In this document: piece by piece, positions 15,250 to 21,090 of the stretch | How positions within the stretch are numbered: position 1 is the first letter of the stretch | Layout: each line of letters opens with the position of its first letter | Assembly (NCBI GenBank): GCA_020354945.1 | Contig: CP070655.1 | Location: forward strand, 336,809 to 357,898 | Direction of reading: 5' to 3' | Length of the DNA: 21,090 nt | From: Candidatus Omnitrophota bacterium | Lineage (GTDB): Bacteria; Omnitrophota; Gorgyraeia; JABMRG01; JAFGKX01 | The notes under the pieces: model-generated | What the model saw: only the letters and a program-made list of their open reading frames with translations | Databases searched by the model: none | Told to the model about the DNA's origin: nothing | Position numbers and translations under genes: made by a program

Positions 15250-15701
15250 TTCTGAGTCCTTTCAGTAATCAAACCCTTATGCACTTTTTTTAATATACCA
15301 AGATATTTTCTCCGTTCCTCTTTACTTATCTTCCCAAACATCTTTTTTATCATTTTATATTGCTGCAACATAACTGACCTTGCCACTTTTCTACCTCGAC
15401 GAGTAATAGTCATTTTTACTACGCGTCTGTCTTTTATGCTGCGGCTTCTTTTCAATAATTTGTTCTTTATCATCCGGTCAGTAAGACCTGTTGCAGCACT
15501 CATTGATACAGAAATCAAGTTTGCAATATCACTCATAATGCAGGTGTCTTTCCGGTAAAGATACTGCAATATGGTCATCTGCGGTAATGAGATTATGCCA
15601 CGGGTTAGCTCATTCTTCTGACCTTTTGTAAACTCTCCCATCATATCCGGAAGTATACCCGATAATCGTTTTGCAAATAAAGTAAGTTCTTTATCGCTCA
15701 T
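15246..15701 (-). CDS. MarR family transcriptional regulator
   Basis: ISLPQMTIL, MSDIANLISVSMSAATGLTDRM HTH, DRRVV..ITRRG wing motif; GGAGG RBS. Confidence 0.94.
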   Translation of the reverse strand: MSDKELTLFAKRLSGILPDMMGEFTKGQKNELTRGIISLPQMTILQYLYRKDTCIMSDIANLISVSMSAATGLTDRMIKNKLLKRSRSIKDRRVVKMTITRRGRKVARSVMLQQYKMIKKMFGKISKEERRKYLGILKKVHKGLITERTQK

Positions 15702-15730
15702 TTCCCCTCCCCTAATTTATTTAATCTCAT

Positions 15731-15755
15731 AAATAGTTAATATTATGGACTATTT
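15731..15755. promoter_or_regulatory. Putative MarR operator
   Basis: Palindrome AAATAGT-N11-ACTATTT just downstream of the predicted transcription start of marR. Confidence 0.6.
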
Positions 15756-15764
15756 GCATTGTTA

Positions 15765-15793
15765 AGTATACCCAATAAAGGGGAAAAAGTCAA
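15765..15793 (-). promoter_or_regulatory. Sigma70 promoter of the marR-tolC-RND operon
   Basis: Minus strand TTGACT-17 nt-TATACT. Confidence 0.75.
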
Positions 15794-15818
15794 GAGGAAA
15801 AGTGAGGAGGGTTTCTTT

Positions 15819-16688
15819 TTATGCGAAAGCAATTAAGATGATGCCTAAAAACATAATGCTTGCGCCGAATAATCTCTCTTTTATGTTGGTTTCTTTAAAA
15901 ACAACAGCTCCATATATAACTGCGAAAAACAAGCTGCTTCTTTTTACAGCTATCATATAAGCTGCGTCTGTCATTGAAATTGCTATGCAATGAAAAATGC
16001 AGGATAGAGCGAACATAACTCCTAGCGCAAAAAAGATGAGAAAATCCTTTTTAGAGGAATTGATTCTAATCAAACCCCTTTTGTGTCTTATAAAGATCAA
16101 TGGTGTCAAAAATAGCAATATAATTGGGAAATATATTATTGCAAAAAACATAGGACTGGAATGAATTATGGCTCGTTTACCCAAAACCGAGGTTAAGCTA
16201 TAGATAGAGGCTGCTGTTATCATATACATCGAACCTCTCTCTTTTAAAATTGCCTTTATCGGCCCGAGTATTCCTAAATGAATGGTTTCTATATTCAAAA
16301 TATAGCCACCGATGACAACTAATAGGATGCCGATTATGCCAACGGCAGATAGCTCCTCCCCCAGGATTGTTGATGATGTTATTATCGCCAACGCAGGAGT
16401 TATGGCTAAAAATGGCATGGTCAAAGACAAAGGCGATATCTTGATAGCTTTAAGAAAGAGCAGGTAAGCAAATATTTCAAATGGTATTAATATAAGAATC
16501 GTCTGGTAAAATATATAATCTAATTTTGGGATTTGTATCCAAAATAGCAATAACAATAAAAGAGGGGAGGCAAATATCAAACGCAACCAACCTATAATAT
16601 ATTCATCATTTCCCCGCATAGCAATTTTAGCAATGCATGAGGAAGTCGCCAATAAAAAGGCTGTTATTAAAGTATATACTAACCACAT
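15819..16688 (-). CDS. EamA/DMT family transporter
   Basis: About 10 TM helices in two repeats; KAIKISPLSLTMPF, ILGEEL, AYMIAVKRSS..FKET. ATG at 16688 is preferred because the GTG at 16715 lies within a palindrome. Confidence 0.9.
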   Translation of the reverse strand: MWLVYTLITAFLLATSSCIAKIAMRGNDEYIIGWLRLIFASPLLLLLLFWIQIPKLDYIFYQTILILIPFEIFAYLLFLKAIKISPLSLTMPFLAITPALAIITSSTILGEELSAVGIIGILLVVIGGYILNIETIHLGILGPIKAILKERGSMYMITAASIYSLTSVLGKRAIIHSSPMFFAIIYFPIILLFLTPLIFIRHKRGLIRINSSKKDFLIFFALGVMFALSCIFHCIAISMTDAAYMIAVKRSSLFFAVIYGAVVFKETNIKERLFGASIMFLGIILIAFA

Positions 16689-16702
16689 AATTTCATAATT
16701 TG

Positions 16703-16772
16703 AAAAAAGGGCCACGCCTATTTTTGACTTCTAAAAATTCAAAACTAACAAAAATAGGTGTGACCCCTTTTT
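16703..16772. repeat. 24-bp imperfect inverted repeat (REPIN-like; may act as terminator)
   Basis: AAAAAAGGGCCACGCCTATTTTTG / CAAAAATAGGTGTGACCCCTTTTT; 3 mismatches, two of which are G.U pairs on the minus strand; ends in a U run on the minus strand. Confidence 0.8.
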
Positions 16773-17514
16773 ACTTCTTCTCCATAAAGACTTTAAATAA
16801 ATCTATCGGGATAGGAAAAAGTATGGTAGAATTATTCTCAGCAGAAATATCTGCCAATGTTTGAAGATACCTCATTTGAAGGGACATGGGTTGAACCTGC
16901 ATCTTTTCTGCCGCGGCTACCAATTTTTCTGCTGCCTGAAACTCACCTTGAGCAGCTATTACCTTGGCCCGCCTTACTCTCTCTGCCTCGGCCTGTTTCG
17001 CCATTGCCCGTTTTAATTCCTCAGTTATATCCACATGCTTTACTTCCACGTTTGAGACCTTTATTCCCCAGGGGTCTGTCTGTTTATCCAAGATTTCCTG
17101 AATCTCACCATTAATCCTTTCTCTCTCCGAAAGCAAAGCATCCAACTCTCCCTGGCCTATTACGCTCCTTAATGTAGTCTGGGCCATTTGAGAGGTTGCG
17201 AATCCGAAATTTTGCACTTCATTGATAGCCTTATTGGCATCCATTACTCTATAATAAACTACGGCATTTACCTTTACTGATACGTTGTCCCTTGTTATTA
17301 TATCCTGAGGCGGGACGTCTAATGTTACCAGCCTGAGGCTTACCCTAACCATTCTATCGATTGGGGCAAAAACAAGAATTATGCCCGGCCCTTTCGGATG
17401 GGGCAGGAGTCTGCCCAAACGAAATATTACCCCTCTTTCATATTCTTTTAATATTTTGATTGAGTTGATAATATAGACAACTATTAAACCTATAGCTATA
17501 AATAGTGGGTGCAT
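16771..17514 (-). CDS. SPFH/stomatin-like (slipin) protein
   Basis: [66 protein letters not shown]. Confidence 0.96.
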   Translation of the reverse strand: MHPLFIAIGLIVVYIINSIKILKEYERGVIFRLGRLLPHPKGPGIILVFAPIDRMVRVSLRLVTLDVPPQDIITRDNVSVKVNAVVYYRVMDANKAINEVQNFGFATSQMAQTTLRSVIGQGELDALLSERERINGEIQEILDKQTDPWGIKVSNVEVKHVDITEELKRAMAKQAEAERVRRAKVIAAQGEFQAAEKLVAAAEKMQVQPMSLQMRYLQTLADISAENNSTILFPIPIDLFKVFMEKK

Positions 17515-17528
17515 TTTGTTCCTCCTTT

Positions 17529-18923
17529 TTAAATTTTCTTTACCATCAGTCTCATCCCTTCTACCCTTATAACCTCTACTGTCTCTCCTTTATTTACAGG
17601 TTCCTCAGAAACAGCGTTCCATACCTCACCATGCATAAATACCTTTCCTTTCGGCTTTAAGCCCTTTATCACCTTGCCCTGTTCGCCTATCAGCCCCTCA
17701 GCACCGGTCTTTACTCTGCGCCTGTGCGTCCTTATAACAACTGCCGCTAAAAATGTGGTAATAGCTGCAGTAGCAACCACCACAGGAATAATTACCTTTA
17801 TAGAAATCCTCATAAACGCATAAGGTGAATCTATTAATATAACAGAGCCCAATACCATAGATATTATCCCGCCCAGAGCAAGCAGGCCGAAACCTTGTAC
17901 CTGCATCTCGGCAATAAATAATATAAAGGCTAATATAATCAGGGCAACGCCGGCATAATTTGTCGGCAGGGTGTGCAGTCCGTAAAAACCCAAGATTATA
18001 GCAATGGTACCTGCTATCCCGGGAAAACCGATTCCGGGGTGGGTAAACTCAAATAAAAGTCCGTAAAAACCCAGAATCATAAGTATATATGCGATTGTCG
18101 GGTTTGTGACAACATTTAAAAATTGCTGGCGCTTATCTAAATCTATCTTTACAATTTTTGCATCTTTTGTCGCAAGTTTATAAACTTTATCGTCCATCTT
18201 TATGCGCCTGCCATTTATCTTGATCAGTAAATCATCGATATCTTCTGCCACTAAATCGATTACACCTAAATCTTTTGCCTCTGTTTCAGTTACTGAGGCG
18301 CTCTCTAAGACTGCTTTTCTTGCCCAATCAACATTTCTCTTACGGGTCCTGGCAATGGTGCTTACCCATGCCAGAGTATCGCTCATAATCTTCTCGGACA
18401 TAATATCCTTTTCTTCTTTAACGGGCTCTACCTTTTTCTTTTTCTGTGCTTTATCCTCATCGGTTTTTTTAAAATATTTTATTATTTCTTTTATTACATC
18501 CGAAATAGACTTTCTTTCTCCCATCTGCACAGGATGGGCAGCCCCTATATTTGTAGACGGGGCCATCGCTGCAATATGCGAAGAGATAGTTATAAACACG
18601 CCTGCTGACCCGGCCCGAGCGCCTTTAGGCGAGACATAAACTGCCACCGGGACTTTGGAAGCCATAATCTCTTTTACTATTTTTCTGGTTGAACTTAATA
18701 AACCGCCCGGAGTATCCAGCTGAATTATGAGGCACTGGCCGTCGCGCTGGGCCGATCTTATTGCATTAGAAATATATTCTTCAACAACAGGGTTTATGAT
18801 ATAGTCATCTATAGTTACAAGATAGACCGCTTCTGATCTTTCTTGCGATGATGCCACTGTTGTAAAGGCTAAAAAAACAACTACCGGGATAATAAATATA
18901 AAAAGATATATTCTTTTGCTCAT
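17529..18923 (-). CDS. nfeD: NfeD family membrane-bound ClpP-class serine protease
   Basis: [15 protein letters not shown] (catalytic Ser), [16 protein letters not shown] region, C-terminal OB-fold [12 protein letters not shown]; adjacent to an SPFH gene as usual. Confidence 0.94.
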   Translation of the reverse strand: MSKRIYLFIFIIPVVVFLAFTTVASSQERSEAVYLVTIDDYIINPVVEEYISNAIRSAQRDGQCLIIQLDTPGGLLSSTRKIVKEIMASKVPVAVYVSPKGARAGSAGVFITISSHIAAMAPSTNIGAAHPVQMGERKSISDVIKEIIKYFKKTDEDKAQKKKKVEPVKEEKDIMSEKIMSDTLAWVSTIARTRKRNVDWARKAVLESASVTETEAKDLGVIDLVAEDIDDLLIKINGRRIKMDDKVYKLATKDAKIVKIDLDKRQQFLNVVTNPTIAYILMILGFYGLLFEFTHPGIGFPGIAGTIAIILGFYGLHTLPTNYAGVALIILAFILFIAEMQVQGFGLLALGGIISMVLGSVILIDSPYAFMRISIKVIIPVVVATAAITTFLAAVVIRTHRRRVKTGAEGLIGEQGKVIKGLKPKGKVFMHGEVWNAVSEEPVNKGETVEVIRVEGMRLMVKKI

Positions 18924-18932
18924 AAGTTTTTG

Positions 18933-19664
18933 TTAGTTACTAGCTTCCTCAGGCACGCAGGCGGCCTTTCTCATATTATCCAACCTGCCAAAACAGATTA
19001 ATTTATCGCCCAAGTTAATTTTTACTCCTGCTAATGGATTAGTAATATATCGACCGTGCCTTTCAATTGAAAGGACCAATATATCCCTTCTTTTTAAATT
19101 TGATTCTGACAATGTCTTGCCTGATAAGGGATTGTTTTTACAAATTTCTATTTGTAATACACCATATCCCTCTGAGGTAAGTAAAAACTCTTCAAAAGAT
19201 ACAGGTTTTATCATCTTTTTATCTATCATTCTCTGTTTTGCCTTTTTCATTATATAATCGCCGATTTTTGTATGAGTTATTATTTTATATACAATTAAAA
19301 GGGCTATCAAAATGAAGGTAAAATTAATATAAGGAATAAGAAAAATAGGTATAAATTTGTCAAGATACGGTATGAAAAAAACCGGAGACGATGCCCCTTC
19401 GCTAATTGAGCTTACTAATGTAGCTATGAGGGTTACTAATCCTGCGTTTCCAAGTATCATTAATGCAGATGCAATCTTTCTGCGCTGGTTATGAGAGGCT
19501 ATCAATTCCGATTCTTTGGTAGTAAAACCTGTTCCAGTAAACGCGGAAAGGGCCTGAAATCTGGCTTGCTTTGCATTAAGTCCTGTAATCTCTAATGCGA
19601 CCGCACCGACTTTTATGGCTATGAAAGATACTATTATAACAATTAGAAAAAGGAAGAGGCTCAT
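18933..19664 (-). CDS. Membrane protein with channel-like N-terminus and TrkA-C (RCK_C) domain
   Basis: ARFQALSAFTGTGFTTKESE, RRKIASALMILGNAG; C-terminal GKTLSESNL..ILVLSIER..GDKLICFG. Confidence 0.88.
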   Translation of the reverse strand: MSLFLFLIVIIVSFIAIKVGAVALEITGLNAKQARFQALSAFTGTGFTTKESELIASHNQRRKIASALMILGNAGLVTLIATLVSSISEGASSPVFFIPYLDKFIPIFLIPYINFTFILIALLIVYKIITHTKIGDYIMKKAKQRMIDKKMIKPVSFEEFLLTSEGYGVLQIEICKNNPLSGKTLSESNLKRRDILVLSIERHGRYITNPLAGVKINLGDKLICFGRLDNMRKAACVPEEASN

Positions 19665-19681
19665 TTTGATACTCCTTTTTA

Positions 19682-19761
19682 AGGGTCAGACACATATTAT
19701 GTTAACTGCAGGGGCATAGACAAATAATAACTGTAGTTAGACATAACACGTGTCTGGCCCT
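19682..19761. repeat. ~30-bp-arm inverted repeat (REPIN-like)
   Basis: AGGGTCAGACACATATTATGT-TAACTGCAG versus the reverse complement of the right arm AGGGCCAGACACGTGTTATGTCTAACTACAG: 4 transitions and 1 indel. Confidence 0.85.
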
Positions 19762-20041
19762 ACAGGCAGGTTGATGTTTCTGCAATAGACCTGTTAATTT
19801 CATCCATTGTTTTAAATATATCGGAGTGCTTCGGTTTTGGTATCTTAAATAAACATTTTATTAAAACATCGTCGCAATTTATAATGCGGTCTCTGATTTC
19901 AGCAAAAGCGCCTGTAATATAAAAAATCATCGGAGAGCAGTTTTCTTTTATGGCAAAAGAAAATTCAGAAGCTTCACAACTAAAAATGGGCAGACTTATC
20001 AAAATTATCAAGGATATAAAAATTAAAAATGTCTTTTTCAT
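19760..20041 (-). CDS. Small hypothetical exported protein
   Basis: MKK + hydrophobic signal-like N-terminus; ATGA overlap with the upstream gene; no recognisable family. Confidence 0.5.
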   Translation of the reverse strand: MKKTFLIFISLIILISLPIFSCEASEFSFAIKENCSPMIFYITGAFAEIRDRIINCDDVLIKCLFKIPKPKHSDIFKTMDEINRSIAETSTCL

Positions 20042-20508
20042 TTTATTAACCTCAAGGCTGATGAAACAGCCTCTTTAGCAGTTTTTGCAACAACTATATC
20101 CTTTCCTTTACAGTAGTCTTTGACATTTAACGGCCAAGTATTTAAACCGATTACCGGCCTTCTATTTTTAATAGCTAAACCAATCTCAGAAAGAGTGCCA
20201 AATTCACCGCCAATAGCTATGACTGCATCTCCGGAGGAAGCTACTATAATATTTCTGCCATCTCCCATGCCGGTAAGAATACTGATATCGGTATAAGAAT
20301 TGCCCTCTGCGCTCTTTAACCCCGGCAATATACCTACAACAGTGCCTCCCGCATTTTTAGCTCCGCGAGAAGCGGCCTCCATCACTCCGCCCATGCCTCC
20401 GCAAATAAGAGCGGCGCCGGAATGGGCTATTTCAGCTCCTACTTCCTCTGCCAATTTAGCCTCTGCCTCATCGCACACACTACTGCCTATAACCGATATT
20501 TGTTTCAT
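20038..20508 (-). CDS. TIGR00725 family Rossmann-fold (LOG/SLOG-like) protein
   Basis: ISVIGSS, LICGGMGGVMEAASRGAK, VGILPG, TGMGDGRN, AIGGEFGTLSEI. ATG at 20508 is preferred because the GTG at 20520 lies in the repeat. Confidence 0.92.
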   Translation of the reverse strand: MKQISVIGSSVCDEAEAKLAEEVGAEIAHSGAALICGGMGGVMEAASRGAKNAGGTVVGILPGLKSAEGNSYTDISILTGMGDGRNIIVASSGDAVIAIGGEFGTLSEIGLAIKNRRPVIGLNTWPLNVKDYCKGKDIVVAKTAKEAVSSALRLIK

Positions 20509-20516
20509 GCCAGGAT

Positions 20517-20566
20517 GCACCGTGTAGGTGTGGTAGTCGGATTCACTTTCCTCGCCCGCGCGGTGT
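20517..20566. repeat. 50-bp palindromic dispersed repeat, copy 2
   Basis: GCACCGTGTAGGTGTGGTAGTCGGATTCACTTTCCTCGCCCGCGCGGTGT; 39/50 identical to 2397-2446. Confidence 0.85.
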
Positions 20567-20578
20567 AAAAAAAGGTGT

Positions 20579-20610
20579 AAACAGAACAGGGCTATCTTTA
20601 CAGATAGCCC
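20579..20610 (-). terminator. Intrinsic terminator after the TIGR04073-like gene
   Basis: Minus strand GGGCTATCT-GTAA-AGATAGCCC (9-bp stem, GNRA loop) followed by TGTTCTGTTT. Confidence 0.65.
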
Positions 20611-20655
20611 CCTTCTTCATAAACAATCTATATCTTCCACCGAATCAAATATAAG

Positions 20656-21012
20656 TTATTTAGTAACTTCTGATTCTGGTTCCGCTACTACCTCAACCAT
20701 CTCTGCTTTAATTAATGGTTCCGGCTTATTTGAGTCAACAGGGAATGTAGCAACATCCAGTGTTCCGGAAGCGGTCCTGGCAAAGGCATTAAGAACGCCT
20801 TTGACTAAACCCACAGTAATGCCTAAAAATGGGTTGTTGGTATCCTTGGTAACTTTTACTACAGCATCCGGTACTTCTGTCCAGCCTAAAACTATATTCT
20901 TTCCGCCACGTTCTAGTTTTTCTGTTCCTATTTTTATAGGTTCGGCTGTCACAGGAAGCGTTATTCCAAGGATTATAGCAGTTACTAACGCTATTATAAA
21001 TGCTCTCTTCAC
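20656..21012 (-). CDS. Exosortase-system-associated protein, TIGR04073-like
   Basis: Signal peptide; KLERGGKNIVLGWTEVP...GITVGLVKGV..AFARTASGTLDVATFP pattern; GGAGGTG RBS and GTG start. Confidence 0.7.
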   Translation of the reverse strand: MKRAFIIALVTAIILGITLPVTAEPIKIGTEKLERGGKNIVLGWTEVPDAVVKVTKDTNNPFLGITVGLVKGVLNAFARTASGTLDVATFPVDSNKPEPLIKAEMVEVVAEPESEVTK

Positions 21013-21090
21013 TTTTCACCTCCTTCGATTAATTACTATCAGTTATCCTTACGATGATAGCAAACTAGTTTCTTCTTTTGTTCCCTTAAA

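Noticed and set aside
816-21019. The many + strand ORFs in the track (e.g. 816-1067, 4190-4507, 12189-12554, 18202-18639, 20300-20527) and alternate-frame minus ORFs (3279-3494, 13270-13467, 20789-21019)
   Set aside because: They are shadows of well-supported minus-strand genes, with no motifs or RBS.
21049-21090. Possible 3' end of an upstream minus-strand gene (FKGTKEETSLLSS*)
   Set aside because: Only 13 codons are visible at the window edge, too little to support a call.

Overview
A 21-kb, AT-rich bacterial chromosomal segment with about 20 genes, all on the minus strand. Gene content and style are compatible with Candidatus Omnitrophota/PVC, which is inference only. In transcription order the genes are: TIGR04073-like exported protein, TIGR00725/LOG-family protein, small exported hypothetical, TrkA-C membrane protein, NfeD, SPFH/stomatin, EamA, MarR-TolC-RND (no periplasmic adaptor), FAD-linked oxidoreductase, acyl-CoA-synthetase/ACP/PlsC fusion, GNAT, LpxH-like metallophosphoesterase, nucleotidyltransferase-TPM-LemA, AsmA-like protein, pgi and the 5' end of nnrE. 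No rRNA, tRNA, CRISPR array or transposase was seen. The unusual signal is non-coding. Most intergenic gaps hold a palindromic element, from at least five sequence families. These include a 50-bp element present twice, 7-8 nt upstream of start codons, and a ~230-bp nested branched structure upstream of lemA. Two such elements appear to be inserted in frame inside the acyl-CoA-synthetase gene. That gene also has an in-frame TAA 33 codons before its apparent natural end. A promoter-to-terminator unit of about 70 nt (candidate sRNA or attenuator) lies between the RND gene and the FAD oxidoreductase gene.
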